From Eledone cirrhosa (taxonomy: Eukaryota): a stretch of DNA of 64,000 bases. The notes beneath the pieces are model-generated. The model saw only the letters and a list, made by a program, of their open reading frames with translations. It did not search any database and was not told the origin of the DNA. The stretch covers positions 275,032,001 through 275,096,000 of the forward strand of contig OZ024742.1 of the NCBI GenBank assembly GCA_964016885.1. Reading direction: 5' to 3'. The position numbers were made by a program, and so were the translations under genes. Shown here piece after piece: positions 11,760 to 25,992 of this stretch. Each line of letters opens with the position of its first letter. The stretch's first letter is position 1.

Positions 11760-14700
11760 GAACACATACACACATACATGTATTTTTAGATGTTTAGACG
11801 TGTGATGTATTTATATTGACAGAATTTTCCTTAGTATATGGGCAGTTCCTATTAGAACTATCTTTTCTATTTCTTCTATACGCGGATTTCCTGGGATTTG
11901 GGATAAGTAATCATTAGACCCCTTAGTTATCATTCCTAAAGCGCCTACAACCATTGGTATTGTTTTAGTTCTCAACTTCCACACGTTTCCAATTTCTGTC
12001 TCGAGGTCTGTATACTTGCTCAATTTTTCAAATGTATTTATAGATACATTCTTGTCTATTGGAATGGACATATCAATTAGCAGGCATACCCTCTTTATAA
12101 AGTCCTTCACTATTATATCAAGTCTATTTGCATCTATTTTTCGGTCTGTTTGGATGCTAAAGTTCAACAAGATTGAGATGTGATCTTTTTCACGTACGGG
12201 TGGAGGTTGATGCTCCGACCAATTCTTTTGATGGGGCAGGTTAAAATGCTTACACATTATCCAATGTATTTATTGTGCAGCTCTGTCGTGCCTGTTTAAG
12301 TATTCTGTTGGAGTTATAGGACTGCACATTGAAATTATATGATCAATGGTCTCTGGTAGTTTTTTACATATACGGCATAATGGGTTGTATCCATTTTTCA
12401 TTATGTTGGCTTTGATTGGTAGTATCGGTAGAGGGTCGGACGCCATGCTTTGACGCATAGAGATACGGTCCTTGCCATTCTGAGTTCAAATCCCGCCGAG
12501 GTTTACTTTGCCTTTCATCCTTACGGGGTCGATAAAATAAAGTACCAGTAATGCACTGGGTGATTGCTGGCCTTGTGCCAAAAGTAGAAACAATTATGTT
12601 GGCTTGATAATGTTTTGTTGATAGACACCGATTTTGTGCTGATATAATCAGTCTTTCAGTCTCCGATTTCAGTCCAGAGGATACCAACCACTGATGGGTT
12701 AAAGATTTGTCAAAATCAGGATTGTTAGCTCTTTCTGGGTATTTTCCATACAGAGGCTTTTCTTTCCATTTCTTAGCCAGTTTCTGTAGCAGTTCTTTCT
12801 TTGCAGTAACTTTTACCTGCTTTGATTTTTCTGTGTTTTTCATTTCAGCTGTAAATGGAACTTCTGAAATTTGTAGTTCATTACTGTATCTTTGTGCATC
12901 TTTTGTAATGGAGTATGATCTTTTGATGCTTTCATATTTTCAAAACGAGTTTCAACATACAATCATGTGATTCCCTTATATATGTAGATAATCTAATTGT
13001 TGCAGTTTTCAAATCAATATTTAACTGGATTAATCCACGTCCTCTTTCTTTCCTAGGGAGATATATTCTATCTGTATCTGAATTCGGGTGATGGATTCTG
13101 TGAATGGTTAAACATTTTTCTAATTTTTGTATCGAGCCTACGGATCTCTGTGCTTGACCAGTTGATGACATTGAAACTGTAGGTTACTACTGGTATGGCA
13201 AGCGTGTTTATCGCATCGATCCTATTCCTTGCATTCATTTCCGTTCTTAAGATTGCTCTTGCTCTGCGGTAACATTCCCTTCTTATCCTTTCCCTCATTG
13301 TCGAGTGCTTGATTCCGTCTCCTTCACAAACACCTAGATATTTGTAAGTTTTTTTCTTGATGAAGTTTTTGGCTGTTGTATATAGTGAACACAGAGGGAG
13401 GGGTTTAGGTGGTGTATTTAGGTGGTGGTTGTGAAATTGCCGTTATTTGGCTGTTCTATTTAGTGTAGAGCTCCACAAATGTTTTTTGTCTATTATGACA
13501 ATCTTCCAGTATCATTTTGTTAATCAAAAGCTGATCCTTACAGCCATACGACCCTCTTTTACACCCTTTCTGCTCATTGGGAAATAGATTATTTGTTATC
13601 AGGTGATCATATGTATATTCATTTATGACTGATGTTAAAATTTTATACATTGTGGTCAAGCAAGTTATCGGTCTGTAATGTTTAGGATTGTTTGTCTCAT
13701 CATTCTTCGGAAGTAGGAATGTAATACTAGCCATGATGGTATCTTTTCTGGTTCCTTAACCATTTCATTATAAAGTTGGGTTATCATCCCATGAGACTCT
13801 GTGAAGGCATTTATCCAAAAATTTGGTATTTTGTCTTTTCCTGAGGATTTCCATTTGCTGAATTTTCTAAGAGCTAAACGCAGATGTTCAACTGTTATAT
13901 TTCCCCATGTTTGTTCCTCAAGGTGAGCTATATCTTTCATTTGTCTGTATATCCATGGGGCATGTATAATATGAACTTTCCGGACCTTTTCCCAGAATTC
14001 TTGCATAGTTCCCTTACGTGGGGATTTAGCAGTTATTGTTGACTTGCCAATTTTTCTGTAGAAGTTATTTTGGTTGTTTTTGAACATATTATTGTCCTTA
14101 TAGAATCTAGATCGTTTTCAAAAGGTCCTTATACGAACAGCTTTGGTCGACACTTGATTATTTCTATCAGCATGTCTATGTCACTTGTTGATTTTATACT
14201 GTATTTTCTTTTCAATTTTCTAAGTTTAGTTTGTTTGACATGTTCACCTACTTTGTAGTTTGCTAAAATTTCTCTTTCAGATGGGAGAGGTTTTATTTGG
14301 CGATTGATGTTCTCTTGCCAAGTAGGTTTTTTTGTGGGAATTCCTTTGTTTTTTCATTTTCACCCCACATTAATGAGTGGTGACTTTAGCCGATGCATAA
14401 TAGAGATGATTTAGATCAGTAAGGTTTAGTGTATTGTGATGATAATGTTTTTGAGAGCTATGTTAATCTTGTGTATTATCTTTTGGTTCTGTTTGGAGTT
14501 CTGGATCTTAGAGAGAATGTCTCGTTCCTCCATGTCAGATTCTTTAATTTTCATCCATTCAATCATAATTTCATTAAGTTGGCGAGTTCATTCTCATTCA
14601 TTTCTTTATCATTGACGATCTCTTTGTTTTCCTTTTGAGTTTCATCTTGAGCATGCACTCTTTCCACTTTTTCGATCCTTTCTTTAATTTGTTCTGCTGT

Positions 14701-15420
14701 CAGTGATTCCGCCTCAACCCTGGAATTTGAAGTGTTACAATTAACCTCGTTTTCACTGACACATGTTTCCTTTTCCCTTCGCTGACTTTGTGCTAATTGC
14801 TTGATCTGATCAATTTCTATATAAGTTAGTAACTTTTTCTTTAAAATATTCCTTCGTATATTAGCTAGATTGTTATGTCAATATAGTCTCTGTTTTGGGG
14901 ATGTTTCTTTTTCCAGTTGATATATGTCTGTTCTGTATTCGATCTAATTGATGGGTAGTACATGGCAATGTAGAAAGCCTCGAGGTCTTCTTTATTGTCT
15001 TCCCTTGACAATCTTTCTATCTTTTTCTTTGGATTTCTTGTTGGTGAGCATGGAGGGGCAACAGTAGGAGTATTCCGGTTATGGGAGGTTTCCAGCTCCG
15101 AATTGATGGGAAGGTTTGAACCATTAGCTGATTTTTCGACCCCAGTTTGGTTCCTCTCTGAGGGACGCGGGGCTCTTTTTGACCCGGGTGACGGCCTATC
15201 CAGTATGAGTTTTTATCATTTGACATTCGGTTTATTTTGTTGCGTTTTATCCTTAAGTGCCAAGGGGTAATCATTTCGTGTTACCACCCCTAGGACGAGT
15301 GTCAACCAAGATTAGAGGGGTCGTCGTCCCCTAGAGACACGGCTATTCCCCGATGGCTGCCATCGCGGTATTTCTTGGTCACGGATTTTGTTTTATCATG
15401 AGTGGTTCCTTAATGTGAAC
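11760..15420 (-). mobile_element. decayed R4/Dong-like non-LTR retrotransposon (RT plus restriction-like endonuclease)
   Basis: ORF fragments: KWKSSGKDKIPNFW; PKHYRPITCLTTMYKILT...EQKGCKRGSYGCKDQLLINK (RT); RIYLPRKERGRGL; CRICKKLPETIDHIISMC...RHD (CCHC); RLDIIVKD...LIDMSIP...EKLSKY (RLE). Confidence 0.92.
12413..12592 (+). mobile_element. SINE family 1 inserted in the R4-like LINE, 13-bp TSD
   Basis: TSD attatgttggctt at 12400-12412 and 12593-12605. The LINE frame ...KHYQANI/ANIMKNG... rejoins when the SINE is removed. Confidence 0.92.
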
Positions 15421-15934
15421 CCTGCGTGGCTTAGAAAGAAATTATTAATATAATATACTTTTTTGTTGAAGTTGCTTCTGTTGTTTTTGGCTATGCCGGT
15501 AGTGCTGGGGCTTTCCAGCGGGAGGAGGAGGGGTTTTCTATTGTTGGTGGGGAACTTCAGTGCCATAGTCATTTACTTTTGACCGAGTCACTAAATCAGT
15601 CTATTTATATCTTTTCTTAGCCTTTCCCTTGTCTAGTGTTACCACCGCCTTCCCCTATCTTAAGTTAACAGAAGTTAGTGGGGGAATAGTGGTGGTAGCA
15701 ATGATGGAGTTTTGGCAGCGGTGATGGCATAGTAGTACTGTAGTGATGGTGTTGTATCTACTGATTTCTGTTGAATAGACTGTAGCTATTACTGTATTGC
15801 TTTTGTTTGATCTTTGTGTATATCTATGCGGTTTGCCGCCTATGTTTAATATACATGTTGACATATTTCGATAATACTTGAATTAAACATTTTTGAGAAA
15901 ATTTGAGATACAATAATAATAATTATTATTATTA

Positions 15935-18900
15935 TGCTGGGGTTGGTGGTGGTGAAATTGCCGTTATTTGGCTGTTGTATTTAGTGAACACAGAGGGAAG
16001 GGAGTTTAGGTAGTGTATTTAGATGGTGGTGGTGAAATTGCCGTTATTTGGCTGTTGTATTTAGTGAACACAGAGGGAAGGGGGTTTAGGTAGTGTATTT
16101 AGATGGTGGTGGTGAAATTGCCGTTATTTGGCGTAGAGCTCCATAAATGTTTGTTGTTTTCAGTTGTTTCAAATTGCCAGTTATGGAAATGTTTTGCTTT
16201 CTGAAAGAGACACTCAATAATATCAGGGCCTTGAGCCCAAAATTTAGACTTTATTTTGTCAAACAAATGTCTGTGGAGGACATTCCACTCCCCGACCTCT
16301 CACAACCGGTGACAGAATGTGACGAGGAGGAGGTGTGGGAAAATGTATCTGGAAAAAATGAAACCAGAAAATACAGTCCCGATCGGGAGGATCTCATGAT
16401 ACCGACCATCGTCCAGGAGCCAGAGGGTAAGTCGGTGGTGCTGGACGTGACCAGCAGCGAAGGCTATGATTTTAGCCTAGTGGCTGTTTATGCCCCGACA
16501 GGAGAAGGGCAGCCTGATTTCTTCAAGCAACTGGAGACCGTCCTAGGAACGTACCGCTCTTTAATGTTAAGGGAAATTGGAACGGGATCTTGGATATACG
16601 CTGGGATTGTGTGGGATTAGTGGATAGGGGAGGGGAGAGTGTAAAAGCCTCGCAAACCCGCTCAGAAGTTTCCAACTCTTTGACAGGTGCCGACTAGATT
16701 TCCCGAATATACCAATGTGGACATGGACAAACCGCATCGTCTCATCCACATCGTATCTAGAGTGTTTTGTAAGGAAATAGCTAGCTCTAGCTTAAATTGT
16801 CCACAATTCAAAATAGTCGACTACACAGATCACAGATTTGTGACCCGTGACCCGTGTGGTTGACTTAGATAGGCTTCATAGGCAGGGATCCGGTTACTGG
16901 AAGCTAAACGCGTCGTGGACAGCGCGCATAGCCTACAGAGACGGATTAGCGACTAATTAAGCGGTCGTTGACGGTGGCAATCGTCCACAACAAATGTTTG
17001 TTCGCCCTGAAAAAAGCCATTAGAATGGGGTCCATAAGGTTCAGTAAGACATGAGCAATAGCGGAAAATAGAGCAGAGGAAGAACTAGTTTCAAAATCAG
17101 ACGAGGCGCTTAGTAAGGGCATCGCGCCTGACGTGCTTGTGGCGAAATTGGCCCTCAATTCTTCAACTCAAAGCAACTCGAAGGCTGCGTTATCAGAGCT
17201 AGGGCACGTACTCTCAGAAAGGAGGGGACAAAAGCTTTTCGATAGGCCCGAGTATCGGAGGTGCATCGTGGCATCAAAGCCGCGATCCGTTCTAAGGAGT
17301 ACATCGACGGGCGCATGTTACTGGAACTCGAGCAAATGTGTTGGCAGCAATGCGTCGGATCGCAGGATGGGCTTTAGCGCCTACCACGATGGACTGCCAA
17401 GTCACTCGGCGACTGAGGCGGAGCGTTGCGAAAGGCCTATAACAGCCACTGAAATACGGGTAGCAATGACTGCTGCATGATGAGTAAATCGCCTTGTTTG
17501 GATGGTCTACCCTACGAGATTTATGTACACATGCCAGACTTGTTGGGAGACCTCTTGGCGGACGTCTACTGCAACTAGCAGCAGAGCAGGCAAATTCTCA
17601 GCTCTGTAAGCCGAGGAGAGGTAGCGCTGCTGAGAAAGGACACGAACAATACAAGATAGAAAATTTCAGGCCCATGGCTCTGCTAAGCGCAGAGTTCAAG
17701 ATGTTAGCTAAGGTGCTAGCAAAGAGGTCGGTACTTGTCGTCGGTGGTCTGGAGGGAGAAGTGCAGACACGCACAATTCCAATCAGATCCATCCCCGACA
17801 AACTCCATTTCATACGATATATCATGAAAAGAGTAGCTAACGAACATGTAACGGAAGGGACCTTAATCAATTTAGATTGGTTGAAAGCTTTCTGTAGGGT
17901 GGACCATCGTTATCTGGCGGCGGTCTTGACGGCGGCTGGCTTTGGGCCCGTCTTCAGAGGCGGGATCGCTGCCATTCATAGCGACATCTCCTCTGTGGTG
18001 AGAGTGATCCGTTACCTTTAGGAACCGTTCAATATAATGCACTCGGTCCGCCAAGTATGTCCCCTCTCGTCCCTGTTGTACGTATTGACACTGGAGACAT
18101 TACTGCAGAAACTGGATACGTTGAGGGGCGTCTCACCCGAACTAGGATGCGGGAGAACCGTGTCAGCATATGCCGACGACGTCAACATAGTGGTGTCTAA
18201 TGCCAAACATATCGAGGCGATCGGCACTACACTAAGAGAATACGAGGTGGTGACAGGAGCAATGATCAACCAGGAAAAGTCGGTGGGCCTACATCTCGGC
18301 ACCTGGAGAGGCAGTTCCATGCCGTCCAACAGCGTCGTCGGGTGCTGGTCTGTCGGACCGGTTAAATCGCTAGTGGTCTAGTTTGGTCCGGACCTCCAGA
18401 CGGAAAAAAAACTGGGACAAGGTAACGAGCAGGGTGTCCTCTCACAGCCGGAAATTTGGGGAGATGAAGCTATCATTAAAAGGTCGAGTGAAGGTGGTGA
18501 ACACGTACATCGCATCCGTTATCTACTATCGTCTGACCTAAGCATCGCCTGACTGCGCTGGAGCGTTTGCTCTTTCGCCTTTTGTGAAAGGGACGCACTC
18601 CGATGGTCAGGCGGTCCGTTTACTGTCACCCCCCGCTAAGTGATGGCTGGGCATACCGTGGCTGGTGATGTGCAAACATACACTCAGGCTACGGCATCTC
18701 CACCTTTTTCTGGACGGTGATCAGCTGTGGTCACCGTTTGCTAGACGCGTATTTTCCAAGCTCGTATCCTTGATTGAGCTACAGTCGTGGGGCAAGCGAA
18801 GACCAAGAGGGTGAGCTTGGAAACTGGATTGCCTTGAAGCGCTTACAGCCTTCGACCAATCGGGCAATGCGGTCGGTGGAAATTCCGCCTTAAGGAGACT

Positions 18901-19660
18901 GCGCGTCGACAAAAATCAATTAGCCAATCTCTTCGGGAGAACTTTCGGGCCGGAGCCATGGACAACTTCCAGAAATCCCTGGCCTGGCAGTGCTACCGAG
19001 GAGCTTTGCCATTTGGGGATAAACTCTACAGCCATGGAAATGCAGTCGGCTGGGTCTGTCCGAGATGCCCGCAGATCGAAGAAACCGTCCTGCATTCACT
19101 CGTCCAGTGTACGAACATTGCTGACTTGTGGGTTTATGTCGAACACCTGCTGTCGCAGTAGGATGGATCCGGCTATCAGCTGAGTCCATCGTGAGGATTT
19201 CCCCGCCCTCTTCCTTTAGCCAGGAACGGCAGGCACTTTTCATCTGTCTTGATGTGGTGGGTGCGTTTGAAAGGGCTGAAGACGAGCACTTACCTTTTCG
19301 GTAATGCCCTGATTAACTTTTTTAAATTTCATTTGAAAGGGTTAAATGAGGGTGGAGAGGGAAGTGCTCTCTTCCCAGTAAATTGTTGAAAGTTAGGTGA
19401 GAGGCAAGCAGGGTCTTCTGAGTATGCGCCTATAAATTGAAGGTGGAAACCTGGCTTTTTTGCATGGGCTTTCTCGACGAGTTTCCCTCGGAAGATTCGC
19501 CGCTATTGGGTAATTTTCGTTTGCTTTTTTTTCTTGGCATTTCTTTTGTTGCTTTTTTTCGTTAGACACAGAAATGCCTATCTGTACCGTCTTGACCCGT
19601 CCTGTGCTTTCCTTAATGTTATACTTTATGTCAACCCTTCATGGTTAATAAAGAAAATAC
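15935..19660 (+). mobile_element. decayed L1/Tx1-clade LINE (APE, RT, C-terminal Zn region; ORF1 mostly missing)
   Basis: EPEGKSVVLDV...LVAVYAPT (APE); ENFRPMALLSAEFKMLAKVLAKR, DWLKAFCRVDH, SVRQVCPLS, AYADDV (RT); CPRCPQIEETVLHSLVQC; 3' end ggttaataaagaaa. Confidence 0.92.
15944..16132 (+). repeat. 80-bp tandem repeat, ~2.3 units
   Basis: ggtgaaattgccgttatttggc recurs at 15951, 16031 and 16111. Confidence 0.95.
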
Positions 19661-19714
19661 TATTTTTATTACCAGCTGGTCACTATTATCGGTAGAACAT
19701 CCACCTCGGCATTC

Positions 19715-20636
19715 TAGACAGGACTAGTGGAGGGGAAGAGCGATGACGTTCTCAGGGAGACCATGGGCGTCAAAGACTATCAACTGTTCCCTCTCTTTAA
19801 GAGAACTTTCAGCCCGGGCCTATGGACAATTTCCAGAAATCCCTGGCCTATAGTATTATCGGGGAGCGTTTCCGGTTCGAGATAAGCTCTACAGGCACGG
19901 AAGTGCCGTCAGCCGAACCTGTCGGAGATGCGCACAGGACGACGAAACCGTTGTGCATGCACTGATTCAGTGTCCGAGCAATGCTGACTTGTGGAGCTAT
20001 GTTGAACAGTTGCTGTCGCGTATAGGACTGATCCGGTTATCGACTGAGTCCATTGTGCAGATGGTCTCGCCGTCTTCCTTCGCGGAGGACGGGCAGCGGT
20101 TTTTATCTGCCTGGTGGCCATGGCGAAAGAGATTGTGTGGTGAATAAGGTTGAAAGGGTTAAAGCCAGACACTTTCCTCTTCGGCGAATCCCTAATTAAC
20201 TTTTTCAAGTTTCACTTGAAGAGGAAAATCAGGGTGGAGAGGCAAGTGCTGCCTTCTAGCAAGTTTGTTGAAAGGTGGGTGAATGTAGAGAGAATGGTCA
20301 GAGTGAACAGGACCGCTCTGAATATACGCCTGTAGTTTGAGAAATTGAAAAATTGAGAGAGGGCGCTTGCCCTGGTGGTCAGAGTGGCCGTGGTCTTTTG
20401 TGTGATTTTTGCCACGAGTAACCCTCGGAGGTTTCCCCCCTATTGGGGAATTTTTCATTGTTTCAATTTTCATTTTTATTGTTTATATATATATATGTGT
20501 CTATGTCTTTTTTTTCTTTTCTTATATAAATAATAAAAATCTTTACACACACAAAACCCACATCGTACCCTCCTGTACCGTCCTGTACCGTCTGTAATGT
20601 TTTTCTTGATGTCAGCCCTTGTGGCCAATAAAGAAA

Positions 20637-20637
<1 letters not shown>
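19715..20637 (+). mobile_element. 3' fragment of L1/Tx1-clade LINE
   Basis: Homologous to the 3' ends of neighbouring copies (HALIQCP...FFKFHLKRKIRVE...). Ends gtggccaataaagaaa followed by (ATT)n. Confidence 0.9.

Positions 20638-20638
<1 letters not shown>

Positions 20639-20689
<51 letters not shown>
20639..20689. repeat. (ATT)n microsatellite between tandem Tx1 copies
   Basis: Direct tract. Confidence 0.97.
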
Positions 20690-23600
20690 GTTTTCCCTTG
20701 TTTCAAATTGCCAGTTATAGAAAATGTTGTTAAGTGTTTACAAGTTCACATATATTGCTTTCTGAAAAGGACGTTCAAAAATATTGGGGCCTTGAGCCCA
20801 ACATTTAAACATATATTTATCAAACAAAATATTTCTTTGAAAACAACATGGACGACAAATCTCCTGTTTTTAGCAGACCAACATCCCCCCCCCCACCCCC
20901 ACCACCACCACCACCAACACCATTGTAAGCCTTTCCACGGTTGCCAACACTGAAAATATAATTAATAGCAGTCTCAATTATTTAGATTTGCCGCATAAAG
21001 ACATGGATAACCATTACCAATAACTGCAGGTATTAAAGCCGCTACCCGCACGTCCACAATGTCAAAAAGAACAACGAACACCACTGATATCACCACTACC
21101 ACCACCACCACCACAGCGACGACAGAAACCCCCAAAAATAAATTATTATCTCGTGACATCGAAATGGATTTACCCAGAATCGACTCTGCCACGCCAAACA
21201 CCACTGACACAACCACCACCTCTACCACAACTGAAACTAAAAATAACAATAATAAAAATAACAATAACAACAACAGCAACAACGATAACAATGAGAATAA
21301 CAACAACAACATCAACACCAGCGCAGAATAAAAAGTGTCGTTTGCCAAAGCAGCCGAGTAAAGCGAAACAATCGAGGTAAGCCAGGATGAATTAAATGAA
21401 GCCAAGCGAATGGTAAAACAAGATGGGTACAGGGTCAACCCCCCCCCCATCTAATAAGATGTAGCATCGGCGCCTATACACCGTGTCATATCGGACAATA
21501 AACACAAAATCACGCCGAGTGGAACGGGCATCCGAGTCCCAGATACAAAAAGCTTTGGGACATGTGTGGGCGAATAAATCCCACACCAGACGTGGGCAGA
21601 AATATGGAACCATTGACATGTTCTTTGGAACACCACAGGAGGCCAGAGAGCACTCCATGGCCCCATTAAGAAGTAACGAATTCACACTCATCCCAAGCTA
21701 TTGTGGTCAGAGACTCGCGAAGATCAGGGTGCTCTACGTTCCGCCGGCCATCGAAATTCCCTGGCTAATGGCTGCCGCCCTCGCTGACATCGAGGCCAAC
21801 ACGAACATAATTGAGGTAACAAAAGAAAAGCAGGAGAACTGGTCCGGATCTGGGATGGAGCTTCTGATCCAAGCGGACCAAAAAACATTGAGGATATTCC
21901 AGAGGTGATAGACCTCAATGACGGCAGCCACCTCACCGTAATCGTTGAGGGTAGAAGGCCTAGGTGTGTCGTTTGTGGCGAAGGAACCGACCTAAAGGCT
22001 TTCTGCCCTCAGGCTAAAACGTTGAGGCCACCTCTCCTACGCACCCCAGTGACTCAACCATCAAAACCACCAGCAGTAGAAATGGCTGCAACAACTGTAG
22101 CAGCAACAACAGAAGCAACAGTAGCAGCAACAACGCCAGCAACTGTAACAAAGCCAACACCACCACCACCCACCGCGCCAGAATTAGCACCGGCGCCTCC
22201 ACCATCCACCACGCCACAACCAAAACCAACACGAGGGGACGAAAGCCGTTCAATGGGCAGAGTGGCGGAGGAGCGTCTGGCAACAAAGCCACGATCCGAT
22301 CTTTGGTGGACCACGACAAGCGCATGCTACTCGATCCCGGGAAAATTTGTGAAGCTTTTCAGAGACACTTCGCTCAGATGTTCGGGCGTAGCGGCAGGCC
22401 GGTTAGAGGGATGGATTTAGTGCCTACCTCGACGGACTGCCAGTGTTGCGAAAAGTCTATAAATGCGGCTGAAGTACGGGAGGCAATGACTGGCTGCACA
22501 AGGGGTAAATCGCCTGGTTAGGATGGTCTGTGTTATGAACGTTACGTACAGATGCCAGACGTGTTCGGAGGCCTCTTGGCAGACGTCTACTGCAACTGGC
22601 AACAGAACGGGAGAATTCCCAGCTCTGTGAGCCGAAGAGATGTGGCGCTGATGAGAAAGGATCCGAACAAGGGGGATATCATAGATAATTTCCGGCCCAT
22701 AACCATGCTAAACACAGAGTTTAAGATTTTGACCAAGGTGCTAGCAAAGAGGTTGGCGCTTGTCGTTTGGTGGTCTGGTGGGAGATGCGCAGAAATGCGC
22801 CATTCCAGACAGATCTATCCACGACAACCTCCACCTCATGCGATACATCGTGGAGAGAGTAGCTAGGGAACCTGGCACGGGTGGTTCCTTGATCAATTTA
22901 GATCAGTCGAAAGCTTTCGATAGGGTCGACCATCGTTATCTGGCGGCAGTCCTGAGGGCGACTGGCTTTGGGCTCCTCTTCAGAGGCTGGATCGCTGCCA
23001 TGCACAGCGACATCTGCTCTGTGGTGAGAGTGAAAAGTCACCTTTTGGAACCGTTCAACATCATGCGCACGTTCCACCAAGGATGTCCCCTCTCGTCCCT
23101 CTTGTACGTATTGACTCTCGAGCCATTACCGCACAAACTAGAGACATTGTGAGGAATCCCGCGTGAACTAGGATGCGGAAGATCCGTGTCAGCATATGCG
23201 GACGTTGTCACCGTAGTGATGTCGAACGCCAAACACATCGAGGCAATCGACACTACACTAAGAGAATACTAAGCGGTGACAGGAGCATTGATCAGCCAGG
23301 AAAAGTCGGGGCCTGCAGCTCGGCACCTGGACAGGAAGTTCCATGCAATCGAACAACATGGTCGGGCGCTGGATGGACGGATCGCTTAAATTGCTAACGG
23401 TCTTGTTCGGTCCTGACCTCCAGACGGACAAAAACTGGGACGAGGTGACGAGCAGGGTCGCTTCTCTCACCCAGAAATGGGCAGAGAGGAAGCTATCCCT
23501 GAAAGGTCGAGCTGAGGTGGCGAATGCATACATCACCTCCTTCATTTACTACCGTCTGACCTCCGTGCCTTGTCCTAAGCCTTGCCTCACTGCGCTGGAG

Positions 23601-24797
23601 CGTTTGCTCTTTTGCTTTTTGTTGAAGGGACGGGCTCCGATGGTCATGCGGTTTATCTGCTGTCGGCTCCCGCTACGTGGAGGGCTGGACATGCCGTGGC
23701 TGATGATGCTCAGACACGCGCTCAGGCTACGACATCTCCACCTCTTCCTCGCCGGTGATCAGGTGTGGTCGCCGTTTGCTAGACGCGTCTTTCCCCAGCT
23801 CGTCTCCTTGACGGAGCTGCAGACCTGGGTCAAGCGAAGACCGAGAGAGAGCACTTGGAGTTTGGAATGTCGTCAGGCGCTCACAGCCCTCGACCAGTCT
23901 GGCAATGTGATCGGTGGAAACTCCACCTTGTCGTACTATGGAGAGGAAGAGCGACGACGTACTTGAGGAAACTCTAGGCGCCGACGAAAATCTCCTCGGG
24001 AGAACTCTCGGGCCGGCGCCTATGGACAATTTCCAGAAATCTCTGGCCTGGCAGTGCTATCGAGGAGATTTGCCAGTTCTGGATAAACTCTACAGGCATG
24101 GAAGTGCCGTCAACCGGGCATATCCGAGATGCACGCAGAGTGACAAAACCGTCCTGCACGCACTCGTCCAGTGTTGGAGCATTGCTGACTTGTGGGCTTG
24201 TGTCGAACACCTGCTGTCGCGTGTATCATGGTTCCAGCTATCAGCTAAGTCCATCATGAGGATTTCCCCGCCGTCTTCCTTTTGTCGAGAAGGGCAGGAA
24301 GTTTTTATCTGTCTGAAGGCCATGGCGAAAGAGATAGTGTGGTGGATGCGTTTGAAAGGGTTGAAGACGAGCACTTACCTCTTCGGTGATGCCCTGATTA
24401 ACTTTTTCAAATTTCATTTGAAAAGGAAAATCAGGGTAGAGAGGGCAGTTCTCTTCTCTTTCCAGCATTTTGTCGAAAGATGGATGAAAGAGGCAAGCAT
24501 GGCCCGAATGAATAGGCCTACTCTGAGTATGCGCCTGTAAATTGAAGATGGAAAACTGGGAGAGGTCACTTGCCCTGGAGGTCAGGGTCACCGTGACTTT
24601 TTTAATGGGCTTTCTCCACGAATTTCCCTCGGAGGTCTCCCCGCCTATTGGGGAATTTTTCATTGTTTCTTTTTCTTTATTACACCTTTTGTTTTTGCTT
24701 TTTTACACGCAGAAAAGCCCATACGTACCGTGCTGTATTATCCTTTGTTGTTCTTAATGTTATTCTTTGTATCAACCCTTGTGGTTAATAGAAAAAG
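20690..24797 (+). mobile_element. L1/Tx1-clade LINE with ORF1 (zinc knuckle) and internally deleted ORF2
   Basis: 5'UTR similar to 16150-16270. T/N-rich ORF1 start; EGRRPRCVVCGEGTDLKAFCP knuckle; jump near 22260 to the pre-RT linker (no APE); RT motifs NFRPITML, DQSKAFDRVDH, QGCPLS, AYAD; 3' UTR ends ggttaatagaaaa. Confidence 0.92.
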
Positions 24798-24799
24798 AC

Positions 24800-25992
24800 T
24801 TACCTTCTACCTTCAATGTGTTAGGACTTGGGATAACACTAGCTACCAAACTCTCTAGCGTAGATTTCTTTGACATTAATTTAGACCTTCGCGCACACAC
24901 CTACAGACCCTTCCATAAGCTTAACGAAAAATTCAATTACATTTACAAGAACTCATGCCAACCTCCTACTGTTTTTAGAAACTTCGTAAATAATATCAGT
25001 ACAAGAATCTCAAACCTCTCTTCTAATAAGGCTATCTTTGACAGAGCGGCATCCTGCTATAACAGGGCGTTAGCTAACACCGGCTTCTCGCAACATATCA
25101 CTTACTCTCCCACTAACAGCAACAGCAATAGGAAAAGAAAGCGTAACACTAGACGAACTATCTGGTTCTCTCCTCCCTTCTCACACAACGTTAAAACCAA
25201 TGTAGGCAAAAAATGTCTAGCCCTCTTAGATAGACACTTTCCCATATGTCATAAATACCGCTCCATCTTTAACCGACACAAAGTAAAACCAGGATACTCC
25301 TGCGCTAAGAACATGAAGGCCCACATCACCAACAGCCCAAAGAGCAACACCCCACCAGGGTGTTCTTGCCGTAAGCCCGAAGCTTGTCCCCTTCAATAGC
25401 AATGCAACACACCCACTGTAGTTTATGAAGCTGTGATCACTTCCAACCGACCAAATCAACCACAAGAGGTCAAATCCTATGTGGGTATGGCGGAGGGCCG
25501 ATTTAAGGAACGCTTCCTGAACCACCAGTCGACCCGGACAGACGTTCATCCACGAACCTCGTGAGCCACGTATGGTCACTCAAGGACTCAAGTATAGACT
25601 ATCCCATCAAATGGAAAGCCATACGCAAGGGGCAATCCGTCATGTTGAATATGTATTGATGAAAGAATAAATATTCTAAAGAGATTACGCAATAGCGATT
25701 GCCTAAACTCAAGAAATGTATTCTTCACACGTTGTCCACAGTCTGGAAAGACCCCTTACATAACCACAAAGCTCCGGATTGAATTACAACATCCTAATTT
25801 TTTTATCAACTAGAAACTTTCGGACTTTCGCAGTTATCTCCCTTACACTTCTCGCATACAATTTAGTATTGCCTGAGGGAAGTGAGCGTTTCTGCGCATG
25901 TGCGTTCATAGGGTTGTCCTTCCTGTTCCGTATAACCATGTCTCTTACGAGCTGAGGATCCGCTAAGGTGAAACAAGTGTTCTCTGTATGGT

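Noticed and set aside
15470-15911. Possible additional Tx1 5' end on the minus strand, head-to-head at the (AAT)n(ATT)n junction
   Set aside because: Only low-complexity T/S-rich similarity to ORF1 starts; not enough to call.
15944-16132. Possible CRISPR-like array
   Set aside because: Whole 80-bp units are repeated with no unique spacers, the context is eukaryotic, and there are no cas genes.
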